64,000 nucleotides of DNA from Octopus sinensis (lineage: Eukaryota): NCBI RefSeq assembly GCF_006345805.1, contig NC_043006.1, forward strand, positions 54,126,001-54,190,000, in the 5' to 3' direction. Positions 23,100 through 35,645 of the stretch are shown here, one piece after another. Under the pieces are notes generated by a model, which saw only the letters and a list, made by a program, of their open reading frames with translations, was not told the DNA's origin and searched no databases. The translations under genes and the position numbers were made by a program. Position 1 is the first letter of the stretch; each line of letters opens with the position of its first letter.

Positions 23100-23895
23100 A
23101 TGGTGTAGCCAGTAATGACAGCCTCTGAGAAAGAGGGAACATCTTCCTTGTCGAAACAAAACTCCGGAAGAAAGCCGAAACTTTCAGATAGAGACCATCG
23201 GACTCTTACGCAAATTGTTAGAAAGGATCACAAAAGTACAGCTCCCAAAATTACTGCAGAGCTTAATGACCACATCGAGAACCCAGTTTCCACAAAAACT
23301 GTTCGCCGGGAGCGGCACAAAACCGGATTTCAGGGGAGGTTGCAATCAGAAATCTACTGCTTTCAAAAACAAACGTTGCAAACCGTTTAGAGTGCAGTAA
23401 AAACCTACAGAATTGATCCCTAGAGCAGTGGAAGAATGCTATATTCTCAGACGAGTCATCATTTACCTTATTTCCGACCACCGGCCGAGTATACGTGGCG
23501 AGACAGCCAAAAGAAGCATTTGACCCAGACTACCTTTTTCCAACTGTTAAACATGGAGGAGGATCAGTGATGATCTGGAGCGGGGGAGGGGCGCGGCTAT
23601 ATCTTGGAAATCCGCCAGACTAATGGTTTCCCTTCATGGTAGAATTAATAGTCAAGACTATTTAAGCATTTTATCTGATCAAATTCATCCTATAGATGCG
23701 GAACTGTTTCCGGAGGGAAATGCAATCTTTCAGGATGATAATGCACCAATTCACATAGCTAAATTTGTTACTGAGTGGTACACGGAACATTCTAGTGAAG
23801 TTGAACATCTTATCTGGTCACCACAGTCCCCAGACCTCAATATTATGGAACATTTATGGTGCATTTTAGAAAAACGAGTAATGAGTCGATATCCT
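23100..23895 (+). mobile_element. Truncated, frameshifted Tc1-like (DD34E) transposase
   Basis: NSGRKPKLSDRD, FSDESSF, FQDDNAPIH and SPDLNIMEHLW motifs. Same family as 55886-57134. It is cut at the 3' end by a SINE B fragment. Confidence 0.92.
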
Positions 23896-24189
23896 ATTTC
23901 TTTACTACCCACAAAGGGCTAAACACAAAGGAGACAAACAAGGACAGACAAATGGATTAAGAATTTCGCCCAACGTCTCTGCCAGCTCGCCGCCTAGTAT
24001 TAAATTAGATATCTGTTAATCAAATGCTGTCATTTGTGAAACCCATCTTAAAATACAAATAAATATTACTCTCAGTAAACCACAATTCCCCCACCCACCC
24101 ACCCAAATAAATTCTAGTGGCCTATAACCTGAGATGAATTAAAATTTTTGCCAAGTAGAGAATGCCGTACTTTTCGAGTATACTACACC

Positions 24190-25310
24190 ATTACCTAGGC
24201 TTTCCTTTCAATATTTGAGTAACTCGTTCAAGTAGTGGTTCATGCTCGTGGCAATTATAGTAGAGGATGGCTTCCTTGCGAAAATATTCCTGATCATAGC
24301 ATTTTCAATTGCATCAGTTAAAGTAACTCCTTTCGTAGCATCATATATGCTTACCACTGACTTTGGCATTAACATCAGTTTTATATGCCCAAACTTTGTT
24401 GTTGGACTTCTCATGAAAATAGAAACATCATGTTTACGAAGTGATGCAAGCGGCGATAATTTGTTAATCTTTCGTAGAAATTAACAAGTCCGAGAAATGA
24501 ATCTAATCGTTTCTTCGTTGATGATCCATAATACTCTTTACTAAATGGTGATCCGGTGATATTTATTCTCCATTACCAGTCTATATCCCACTACAACTGT
24601 TTCTAACAGATTTGGTTCAATAAAATCACAATGTCTATTAATTCCATCATTTTTTTAAATGATCTTACCTACCTTGATATACAGATTTATAACAATTTTA
24701 ACACTATTACATGCAACACTTTCATAAACAATAATATTATCAATGGCATTTCTCATAATGATTGCTTTCTGAAACTTGGCATTGAATGTTTTAATACTTG
24801 CCTGTTTTATAGTATCCATTCATGTATTTACTTGAGTAGTTTCTCTTGCTTCGGAATACATCTCTGCCTGATACGTCTATTCACAGTCTCCACATATTTA
24901 GAGATATCCACCCACCTATCTGTTGCACAATAACTATTCTGACTTTTACGGTGTGCTCCATTCATGTACTTCTGAGCTCATTTTGAATTCCCCTTGTAGT
25001 TTTTATAATACATTCGCGATTAGGATCACTGTTGACAGAACCTTGCTGACCTTCTAGAAGTGCGAGCCCTTAAGCTATACGAGACATTAGATCTAGTGTG
25101 CAAGAAAGAAAACGCCACCTAAATGGAATAGGAGTAGCTGCTATATCCTTTTCTTGCCGATGCTACTGGTCTTGTTCCAACAACATCAAATCTTTAATAG
25201 ACAAACATCATCCATAACGTTGAACTTTTTCTAGAAGTCTCTATCTGTAGGTTTAGTTGTTTCATCAATTGCTTTTATGTTCTTTTAAAAGTTCTTCAAC
25301 GGTAATAGGT
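24190..25310 (-). mobile_element. Highly decayed Ty3/Gypsy LTR-retrotransposon pol (RT-RNase H)
   Basis: Minus-strand fragments FQKAI...IDNIIVY (YxDD region), DSFLGLVNFY (RT thumb) and SIYDATKGVTLTDA (RNase H start). Many stops; no LTR identified. Confidence 0.75.
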
Positions 25311-25644
25311 TTTGAAGTTAGCTATTACCTTGATCAACTGGCTGGATTCTCTCAGGCCCCGTACAAACCACAACGGCCAGCCCATCTTTGTCAAAACACC
25401 TGAGACCCCCTCTTCGGTCACGACACAGACCATGGGATTGCTCCTTGTTGTTATTGTTAAGCAACAAGACTGGTAAGGGTGATTAGGTGATGGTCTGGGG
25501 CTTAGGGGCGGGAGACCACAGACCTTGGAAAAAAAAAAACTTTGGTCGTCTTGCTGTAGTCGAGGGCTCTTCGTTGACGCCCGACACCACTGGGAGGTGG
25601 CCCTCGAAGTTGCTGGAAATGGAGATCTCCAGGTCCAAATTCTT

Positions 25645-25946
25645 GAACGGCTGGGATTGCACCTAGAAAGTTACCCTCCCAGGCACAAGTCCGGGCAAGG
25701 TTGTTTATGGAAGACCAGCAGTCGCCCATGCATACCGGCCTCTCCTCTCCACGCCACCAGTGTTATCCAAGGGAAAGGCAACCACCGATACAGTTTGGCA
25801 CCTGTGACGTTGCAACTCATTTCTACAGCTGAGTGAACTGGAGCAACGTGAAATAAAGCGTCTTGCTCAAGAACACAACACGCAGCTCGGTCAGGGATTC
25901 GAGCTCACATCCTCGACGCTCTAACCACTGAGCCACGCGCCTTCAC
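25645..25946 (-). mobile_element. tRNA-derived SINE family C
   Basis: Head gtgaaggcgcgtggctcagtggttag and body gttgtgttcttgagcaagac...gttgctccagttcactcagctg. Matches 31240 and 62012. Confidence 0.85.
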
Positions 25947-25994
25947 AAACACCAACTCTCTGGAATTTCCTGCATAGTTATTTCTTGCAACAGT

Positions 25995-26220
25995 TTCAGT
26001 GGAATATTCGTTTCAAATTTTGGCACAAGGCCAGCAAGTTCTGGGCGAGGGCTAAGTCGATTACATCAACTCCAGTACTCATCTGGTACTTATTTTATGA
26101 ACTACGAAAGGATGAAAGGCAAAACCGACCTCAGCAGAATTTGAACTCAGAACGTAAAGACAGACGAAATGCCGGTAAGCATTTCGACCGGCGTGCTAGC
26201 GATTCTGTCAGCTCGCCGTT
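25995..26220 (-). mobile_element. SINE family B copy ~250 bp upstream of the TRIT1 start codon
   Basis: Family body and head (tcagctcgccg) present. Confidence 0.85.
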
Positions 26221-26471
26221 TTGTTTCAGTGGAATATTAATGGCATTTGTCTCAGAGAACCTGTAAAGACCATGGGCACTGCCCCGCCCTACAGGCTTAG
26301 CAAATATTTGTGTATGTGTGTAGATGACGCATAGAAGACAAAATTACTAAATATTAAAAAGAAAAACAAAAATACAGCATCAAAAAAATGCAAGAAACCT
26401 GAATTATAGGAAACTCTTTAGGCAAAGTAATTTTATTACAGCATTTGTCTCCCATAGTTACATGCAAAAAC

Positions 26472-26600
26472 ATGGCTGCACTACGTAGTCGGTTTCCTGT
26501 AGTTGTAGTATTAGGTGCCACTGGAACTGGTAAATCTAAACTCGCAATTGAACTTGCTAAAGTATTTTCTGGCGAAATAATAAATGCTGATTCCATGCAG
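26472..26600 (+). CDS. TRIT1: tRNA dimethylallyltransferase (IPP transferase, MiaA/TRIT1 family), coding exon 1
   Basis: [43 protein letters not shown] contains the P-loop GxTGxGKS and the EIINADSMQ motif of the MiaA family. It ends at CAG|GTAAGT (phase 0). There is no upstream in-frame ATG before the TGA at 26400. Confidence 0.95.
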
Positions 26601-26927
26601 GTAAGTTGTTTCCATTCTAATGACTCTCATGGCCTGTTTTCTTCTATCGATTAGCGAAGCTTTTACTCCACGTGCTACCAAGCATTTTCTATTTTGCTAT
26701 CTTCCTTCGCTCACTTTTTATCAGGACTTTTGTTTTCATTTTAAAGAGTAAGGACCTATTTTCCGTTCTAGAAAATCTTAAAATTTTTATCTTTGTTTAC
26801 GAAAATTTTCTAAATTTCTGTTGTTTTTCTTTTCGTAGAACAGTGTTTAAATTATTAGAAGATTATGTCATTTACATCGATTCTGGTCCACGTTTACCAT
26901 TATCTGTATATGTACCATTATATATAT

Positions 26928-26958
<31 letters not shown>

Positions 26959-28089
26959 CATACATATATATATATATATATTTAATCGAAAGTTAACAAC
27001 AGTGGAAATGAATAGTACATATATGAATGTGTAGGGGGAATTTGAAACATGAACCATTTCTGTAGAAAATATAATGTTGTGTAATGAATGTACTTTACAA
27101 TAGGTAGACACCTTTTTTTCGTCTTGAGAAGGTAAAAAACGGAAGCTGAAAGGTTAATATATAATCGTCTTCGTTTCGTTATTTTTCTTTACTATTAAAA
27201 TGTAATAATAATGTATAATGTTTGAAATTTTCGATGTTTTCCTTATATCTAGTGAAAATTGAAATGTTGAGTGTTGCACATTTTCCCCGTCTTATAGATT
27301 ATGCGTGCAACACATGCATTCATACACATAGCTGTTCTTACACCTGCATATATGTATGTGTATATGTATTATGTATGTGCGTGTATTTTGAATGTGTTTA
27401 TAAATATTTATCATATATAAAGTCTATATTTATGATTGGTTGATTATATATATACACAAACAAATCTACATGTGCGTATAATTTTACAAGTTTAATTTTA
27501 ATGCTTTATCTTTATGAATGAGCATTATGTATGTGCGTCTAATATTCTCTTAGATAAAGCCGAAAGTGCAGTGGAAATCAGTTAAGCAAAAAACAAAACA
27601 TCTAAATGACCTACTATATTTCGCTCACCAAAGTGCAATTGTTGCAGAAAGTGTTTCACACCTGCTGTGAATGCACCTCCCCACCCCGTTAATCACTCGA
27701 CCATTAAGTGGGTGTGGCATTTATTTTCAACCAGGTGAAGCAGTAGAGTAGAATATTGGTGCTTTATCTGAAAGTATTATAAGTAAAGTTATTAACAAGG
27801 CCTAAACTAATGGCCAGTTCTCTTCTTGTTAGTGGTTTAATCCATTCATTTCTGTAACACTTTAAATTGACAGGATGCCCTTCTTATCACTTAACTGTTG
27901 AATTGTGAAAGAAGGAATGAGAACTAATTTTTAGCATCCAAACTACCTGAAACAAGCAGGTATGTGCCACTTTGAGAAATACAAACAAATGGCTTTAACA
28001 ATAATGTTTGAGTAGCCTAATTGATTAGATGAAATGCTGTGTTGCTTTGTGCCAAGGAGAAGCACTATTGCTATCTTTATATTCAGATA

Positions 28090-28775
28090 ACTGCAGGAGA
28101 AGTATTTGGTTAAGAATAAACCATTGTCCTTGGTATTTGTTGACTTGGAGAAAGCCTTTGAGTACTCTACTGTGTGATATGGTGGGCTTTGAGGAAGTTA
28201 GGAGTAGACAAATGGTTTGTGAAAGCTGAACAGGCCATGTTAGTGGAGGAGGATGTATGGAGAATGTATGGAGAATGCAGTTGAATAATAATAGGATGGA
28301 GAAAATTCAGAGATCTTTTACCTCTGTTGGCAACCAAAAGTCTCTCTCCCCAAGTGAAAAGAAGTTTGTATGATGCCTGTGTACAAACTGCAACGCTACA
28401 TGGTAGTAAGACATGGGCTTTGCATGCAAAGAACATACAAAGATGAGAGAAGAATGCAGCTAGCCTGCTCTGCTGAATGTGCAGTGTTAGTGTACACAGG
28501 TGACAGTGTAAGTGTACTGAGAGAAAAGCTAGGCATTAGAGGAATTAAATACAGTGTGCATGAGAGAACATTGTGCTGGTTTGATTGTGATGTGTATGGA
28601 TGTTGACAGTTTCATAAAGAAGTGCCGATCACTTAAAGTGGATGGAAGTTGTGGAAGAAGGAAACCCAGGAAGACATGGGATGAAGTATTGAAGGTTGAT
28701 CTTAGGATGCAGAGCCTTATGAAGGAGATGATGAAGGGCCAAGATATCTGGCACTTTGTGCTGTACTTTAGAAGA
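28090..28775 (+). mobile_element. Decayed RTE-clade LINE, internally deleted RT and C-terminus
   Basis: LQEKYL...FVDLEKAF, LHGSKTW and GRRKPRKTWDEV motifs. Confidence 0.85.
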
Positions 28776-29349
28776 CTCACCCACCAAGGAGGTCATCTTG
28801 GTAATGCTTGTCCATAACGGAGCTCTGCTCCACCCTCACCTCCATTCCCTCTGACCTGTCTACCTTTTCCTTCCACACTTCATCTAACACATACTACATC
28901 CCCCCTGCTTTCTTTGTCCCCCCCCTTCCATTATCTCCTGTCTACACCAATCACCACTTTTCTGTACCTTCTTGCCTCTGTTATTCTCCATTATTAACAA
29001 CATCCTTATTTTCTCTCACCTTCAATGTCATCACATGTCCACCATAACCCCTGCCCATCTCCTATATGCCACTCCACCCACCCTACCCAAGCCTGTGCAT
29101 CACCTCATTTATTCTCACCACCCCCTATGTTCTTTGAGGACTTGTCTTGAGACATTTTCGCCACCATCTCTCTCACTATTGCTCTATTTATCTTATTCTC
29201 TAACTTACTCTCCCTTCTATTCGAACTTGGCTATCCATGTATCTCTTCTACAAGACATCTATCCATATCCTTCTATACCTTTAGTCTCTCAACTGGCACA
29301 AAGCCACCCACTCCTCAATACTACTCCTGCCTTCCCAGCTGAGGTATCA

Positions 29350-30920
29350 AATTGTTAGGCTAGCTTATGAAAGTTACAGAGAAGGTCAAATTTTAACTAA
29401 TTAGGAAGCAAGTTAACCTGGATGAGATGCAGTTGAGTTTTGTGCTAGGTAGGAGCACTACTGATGCTATCTTACTGGTAAGGCAACTGCAGGAGAAGTA
29501 TTTAGCCAAGAATTAACCTCTGTACTTGGCTTTTGTAGATTTAGAGAAAGCCTTCGACAGAGTACCCCGTTCCCTTATCTGGAGGTCAATGCAGAAGCGA
29601 AGGATAGATGAGGTGGTTGATGAGAGCAGTAAAAGCCATGTACAGTGATGCTATCAGTAAGGTGAAGGTCAGGAATTAAATGTGTACGTAGGATTACACC
29701 AAGCATTGGTTCTCAGCCCTCTCTTGTTCATCATAGTCCTCCAAGCCATAACAGAGAAATTTAAGATTGGCTACCCTTGGGATCTTCTCTATGCTGATGA
29801 CCTTGTTCTTATAGCTGAATCACTACCTGAACTTGAGAGGGAATTTCAGGTGTGGAAGCAAGGTCTGAAATCAAAAGGCCTTAGAGTTAATTTAGTTAGG
29901 AAAAAGGACAAATCTCAAATCCCAGCACGGAGATGCCCCTGTTCAATATCTAGGAAAGGTGTTGGTAGAAACCCCATATGGTGTATCCAGTGCAAGTTAT
30001 GGATGCATAAGAGGTGCAACGCTATTGTGCAAAGGTTAATAGAAAAAGTAGACTTTGTGTGTGGCAGATGTGCAGGTACAATAAACACTAAAAATGTATA
30101 GAGAATAGACTTCCTCAAATGTCGGTAGGATGTAGGGGTGCCCTTAGAAATAGTAGATGGCTACCGTTACCTATGTGATGAAGTTAGCAGTGGAGGAGGA
30201 AGTTCTGAAAGCATAGTTGCTAGAATAAGAACAGGCTGGGCAAAGTTCAGAGTGCTACTACCTTTGTTGGTAACAAAGGGCCTTTTCCTAAGAGTGAAAG
30301 GCAGATTGTATGATACCTGTGTATGTACAGCTATGCTACATGGCAGTGAAACATGGGCTGTTATTATAGAGGACATTCATAGGCTTGAAAGAAATGAAAC
30401 TAGCATGCTCTACTGGATGAGTAATGTCCTTGTGTATGTATGGCAGAATGTAAATGATTTAAGCGAAAAATTAGGTTTAAGAGGCGCAAGAGAGAAGATT
30501 GCGCTGGTATGGTCATGTGATGCATATGGATGAGAACAGCTGTGTAAAGAAATGCTGATCTCTAACTGTGGAAGTAACCTGTGGAAGGGATAGACTCCAA
30601 GAAGATATGTGAATGAAGTGGTGAGAGAGGATCTTCAGATGTTGGGCTTCACAGAAGGGATGACAAAGGTCTGAGACTTTTGGTGGTTTGCTGTGCTTAA
30701 GAAGACATGTCAGTTTAAATAAACTGTGGCCATCCATACATACAGGTATGTCCTCTATGTTCCTCTCTCAGCCGAGAGGTTTTTCTCTTGAGGATTTGTG
30801 GGTGCTGGTGTCATGTAAAAAGCACTTGTGCTGGTATCACATAAAAAGCACTCAGTACACTCTGAAGTGGTTCATTTTAGGAAGGGCATCCAACCATAGA
30901 AATCAGGTCACAACAGGTAA
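29350..30920 (+). mobile_element. Decayed RTE-clade LINE (RT domain, C-terminus, 3' UTR)
   Basis: GRSTTDAILLVRQLQEKY, FVDLEKAFDRVPR, LSPLLF, LLYADDL and MLHGSETW motifs, with stops and frameshifts. Confidence 0.92.
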
Positions 30921-31239
30921 TTGGGACCTATATAAACACTTAATTCTTGGACACCTCTCAAAACCAAAACTGACACCAGTTAGTATCACTTTAATTACCA
31001 AATTCTCCTTAAATTCCACCCTACCATTTTAAATAGAGGACATATTAAATGATGTATTTCCTTGATACCCCTTAAAAGACAGAGTGGTCACAGCTGGAAT
31101 GCCATTGCTCATAAGTTTGCTCAAGTGGGGCTAACTAAGTGCTAAACAATGTTAACTAACATTATCATTAGCTTTTGATATAGATATTAATAATAATGAA
31201 CATCAATATCTTAGACACTTTGTATTTCTACTAAAAGGT

Positions 31240-31565
31240 AAAGATCCCCTTTGGTCAGGAATGACCATCAGATTGCACCTTGAAAATTCCCCTCTGAGGC
31301 ACATCTCAGCAAGGTTGTTTGTGGAAGACCAGCAGTCGCTGATGCATACCAGCCTCCCCTTTCCGCGTCACTGATGCTATCCAAGAGAAAGGCAAAGGCA
31401 AATACAGTTTGGCACCAGTGATGTTGTAACTCCTTTCTACACCTGAGTGGACTGGAGCAATGTGAAAATAAAGTGTCTTGCTCAAGAACACAACACACAG
31501 CCTGGTCCAGGAATCGTACTCACTACCTCATGATGGTGAGCCTGATACACGAACTACTGAACCAT
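31240..31565 (-). mobile_element. SINE family C, diverged
   Basis: Matches 25645-25946. Confidence 0.8.
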
Positions 31566-31693
31566 TTGGATTACCTAATTACTCTGTTTTAATAAAATTC
31601 TTAGAAACTATGTTCTTAATAAATACAATAATCTACATGCTGTCTGCATAGTCCATGATATCATTGTTATATAGTGTTACATGTTTGCATATA

Positions 31694-31870
31694 CAAAGGG
31701 GTGCTGCAAAGTTCCTGGTTTTAAGAGTACCACAAAAGGCCTGGTTGGAGGCCTAACCTTCCAAGTTCTTTTACAGGGCTTAGAAAAACTGAAGGACCGC
31801 TGCAATAAGAGTATGAATCTGAGAGGGGAATATGTTGAATAAAATCATAATTAACTGATCCTCTTTGTAT
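31694..31870 (+). mobile_element. Mariner-derived MITE (left TIR plus transposase C-terminal remnant)
   Basis: TA|CAAAGGGGTGCTGCAAAGTTCCTGG TIR and an LRGEYVE* remnant. The complementary TIR is seen in the 43790-44261 copy. Confidence 0.8.
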
Positions 31871-32439
31871 TTTCTTTTAGTACATCCTCATAGTTAGGAC
31901 TATTTAACGTGATTACAAGTTCAATTTAAGAGACAATTTTTATGGTGTGCCATTTGGACAACATTGATGAATCATGATAACCTGTTATAAAAAGATGTTT
32001 GAAGGTTTGAACTTAGTATTGTACACTTACATAGTTATTGTAAATACAGCACTAGACACTCATATTTCTTCTCATCGACATGCTGTGGCTAGACTGAGTT
32101 TTTTCTGTTATGTCAATTGTTGCCAATGCTAGGAAAAGCTTCTTTCAGTGGTTTTTTTATGTTTTTCCTCAGTCTAATTATTAATATATTTAACCTGTGT
32201 CAGTTTCTGTTTATCTAACCAACACTCTTATACAGGTACAAGACTAACTTTCCAGACACTGGTGATAATCCACACCAATTTACAAGCAGGGATCCTGTGG
32301 CTATCAGACAAGTTTCCTGGTACCTTGAACAGAATAGTACCTTGTATATTACATCATCATTGACATCATTGAATGTACCCTATACAGTATTAACTTGTAT
32401 CAATTATACTAATGTGCAGGTGCCTGTATATTATTTAAT

Positions 32440-32720
32440 TCATCATCATTTAACATCTGTTTTCCATGCTGGCATGAGTTGGATGGTTTGACGGGAGCTG
32501 GTAAGACCAAGTGCCACACTAGACTCTTGTCTGCTTTGGCATGGTTTCTGTGGCTGAATGTCCTTCCTAATGCTAACCACTTTACAGAGTGTACTGGGTG
32601 CTTTTTTTACACAGCACCATCACCGGTGCTTTTTACATGGAACCGACACCAATGTTTTTTATGTGACACCAACACTGGTGCTTTTTACATGGTACCAGCA
32701 CCAACAGGATCACCAAGTAA
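32440..32720 (-). mobile_element. RTE LINE 3' UTR fragment with (GAT)n tail
   Basis: catcatcatttaacatctgttttccatgctggcatg matches the 3' end of the RTE at 59210-60125. Confidence 0.8.
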
Positions 32721-32971
32721 AACTTGCAAGACAAAAACTCCTTCAGAATAATTATTTAAGTAAATTTAATATCTAATTTAGAGTGCATTGACCAAGGTGG
32801 CTATCTCTGGTTCAGAAAAATCTTTAATCTGTAAAGGCTTCAGAATCTTTGTTTCCCAAAAAATCAATGTTGTACCAGTATTCTATATTCTATGTCAGTT
32901 TCTAGTTGTTTAACCAACATTTCTTGATATTGTTATTGTATTAACTCTAAATGTTGCTTTTTCTATTGCAG

Positions 32972-33112
32972 GCATACAAAGGATTGGATATTATTACCAA
33001 CAAGGTCACAGCAGAGGAAAGAGCTGAATGTCCACATCATTTGTTGGACTTTGTCAGCCCTTTAAATTTTAAATATACCATAGCTGATTTCCAGTCGGCT
33101 TCTATACCTATT
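32972..33112 (+). CDS. TRIT1: tRNA dimethylallyltransferase, coding exon 2 (141 nt)
   Basis: Acceptor tttttctattgcag|. Translation AYKGLDIITNKVTAEERAECPHHLLDFVSPLNFKYTIADFQSASIPI continues the family motif (YxGLDIITNK...PHHL). Donor is |GTATCCTTT. Confidence 0.95.
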
Positions 33113-34875
33113 GTATCCTTTCAATTAAATATATCAACTATGACATATGTTACACAATCTTAAAGCTACTTTTATCCATTTCATATTAAATTAGTGTGGG
33201 GGATTTAAAATAATCCACAATTGCTGTCAGATCACAGTACGATATGCTTTCCTTAAAATCTAAAATTTTGTTTTCATTCACCTTGTTGCTTTTTCATTTA
33301 TTGGGCTGATCTATGACCCTTCCCCATTGTTTTTGGAGATATAGGATGTCTAGGGTACATTAGCCAATGTATCCTTGCTTTCCCAAGACTGTAGGGTTTG
33401 ATCTGTGTGCTATTTGGCTACTATTTCTAGCTGATCATATAGAAGCTCCCTTGTTTGATCAAGTCCAAGGACATTATTTGTGATATTGGACAGCATTATT
33501 TGTAGCCTTGCATAAAGATTTGTTACACGGATGCCATTACCAGTCAGTATGATTGCTCTGGAAAGGATTTTAAACACTGGGTCCACCTATTACCACATAC
33601 AAATGTGGTAATAGGTGTCTAATATGCTCATGCGTCTTTTATGCCATTGAATGCAGTAGTCTGTTGTGGATAACTTTCCTAGAAAAGCCTATTACCTATT
33701 TTCCACAGTTAGATGTAATAAACCTTTGTACAGTCGTTTTGGCCTAATGACTCCAACTCACAAATGTTATTATGTTAGAGGACTATGTACTGAATCCTAT
33801 AGGAAGAAACAATCTTATTACTTTAAAAGTCTCTTTGTCAGTCTCTTTGAGGACTTAAAGAAACCAATGCTGTTGTCAAGTGGTGGTGGGGACAAACACA
33901 AAGACACACATACACTTATATAATCTACCTTGCGGAGAGAGAGAGTTCTTATGTAGACACCTGTCAACATGCTAAGTATTCTAAACATCTGTATGTGATA
34001 GTAGATGGTTTCTTAGGTCCTAGGGTAAGAAATTAGGTCATTGCTTAGTCTTAGTTTCATGGACTTAAGTGAGTATCAAATAGATATCCTCCTAGGATAG
34101 GAACCATAACAGCATATTGCAATAAACATTTTCACACGGAATATGGTTGGTCTCGATTCTGTACTGAGGCTATGGAGAATTAAAGTGTTCTGATTAGAAT
34201 CATAACAAAATGCTATGTCCAATAAACAGGTAACCTAGTGCCTTATTCATTCAATTATCTTACCTCTAAATTAAGAATTAACTGTAGAATCTGGCAAATT
34301 CCCCTGTGCATCTCTATTATTTTGTGTTCAGAATAAACTTGGATCTTGGATGCCTGTCCAACCCATGTCAACATGGAAAAGCTGATGTACAATGATGATT
34401 GCGACCATCTTCCCCAGCAGCTAGAGAATCAACCCAGTTCTTTCTTGACCACATCTTTCTTAAGCAGTGTTCAAGTTTAACATTAACTACATTGATATTG
34501 ATCTTACTTGTCTAAGAAAGCTAACGAGACTAATTACAAAAATAAATATACTAATTCAGAGCTTTGAGGACACGTGCTCAATGTTCTACACAGTGGGACT
34601 GAACCTGCAACCATGTAACTGGGAAGCAAGCATCTTGCCACACAGCTGCACCTAGCATGGCATTGATTTCACTTGTCTAAGAAAGCTAACGAGACTAATT
34701 ACAAAAATAAATTTACTTATTCAGAGCTTTGAACCAAAATTTTAATTCAAAAAAAGTAGTGAGTAAGAATCTGTCTAGTTGTAACTTGTTGATAGTTTGA
34801 TCACAAATGCCAGACAAAACTAGTCAATTCAGAAATAGTTTGGAATTAATAGCTAGTTTGATTTAGCCTCTTTGT

Positions 34876-34945
34876 AGCTGATGAAATATTACAGAAGCTG
34901 ATGAAATATTACAGAAGCTGATGAAATATTTTAGGGGCTGATGAA
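34876..34945. repeat. 20-bp minisatellite (GCTGATGAAATATTACAGAA) x ~3.5
   Basis: Direct reading. Confidence 0.9.
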
Positions 34946-35244
34946 ATAAATACTACATAGTAAATATACTGTGAGAAATAATCAAAACTTGATTAGCTTG
35001 TTGACCAGTTTAAAAAAATTTCATATCGTTTTCACTTCATATATGCAAGTATGGCTCTATGGTTGGGAAACCTGCTTTCTCTTTATATAGTCTTCAGATC
35101 AGTTCAACTATGTAGAACTTTGGGCAAGTCCTAGGCTGCCCAAAGTCTTGCGAGTGAATCCTATTGAACAATCCAGTCCATGCCAGCAGGGAAAATTGAT
35201 TTTAAATTATGAAGATGTTGATGATGATGATGATGATGCCATGC

Positions 35245-35645
35245 TAGGTGCTGCTGTGTGGTAAGATGTTTGCTTCCAAGTTACATGGTTGCAGGTTCAG
35301 TCCCACTGTGTAGAACCTTGAGCAAGTTTCTTCTGTAGTATTGGGCCTACTAAAGCCTTGTGAGCTTATAAGTAAATTTGGTGGGTGGAAATTGAAAGAA
35401 GCCCATTGCGTGTATGTATGTGTGTGTGCACACATGCATGTCTGTGTTTGTTCCTCACCACTGCTTGACAACCGGTGTTGGTGTGTTTACATCCCTGTAA
35501 ATTAGTGGCCCAGCAAAAGAGATTGATAAAATAAGTACGAGGCTTAAAATTTAATAAGCTTCAGAGTCAATTTATTTGATTACAACTTCTTCAAGGTGGG
35601 GGTACCAGCATGGCTGCTGTCTAATGATTGAAACAAGTAAAAGAA
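35245..35645 (+). mobile_element. SINE family A, older diverged full-length copy
   Basis: Head, core and 3' half are all recognisable. Confidence 0.82.

Larger units (their letters stand above)
26601..32971 (+). other. TRIT1: TRIT1 intron 1, U2-type GT-AG (6371 nt)
   Basis: GTAAGT donor and pyrimidine-rich CAG acceptor. Joins the reading frame MQ|AY. Confidence 0.9.

Noticed and set aside
33369-33377. Second GTATCCTT(G) motif 256 nt into intron 2, and another at ~62695
   Set aside because: Use would add stop-containing sequence. The 62695 copy is inside a repeat, and single short matches are expected by chance.
34876-34945. CRISPR-like or hammerhead-like reading of the CTGATGA-containing 20-bp repeat
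   Set aside because: Contiguous units without spacers, and no stems or GAAA in the correct geometry. It is a plain minisatellite.
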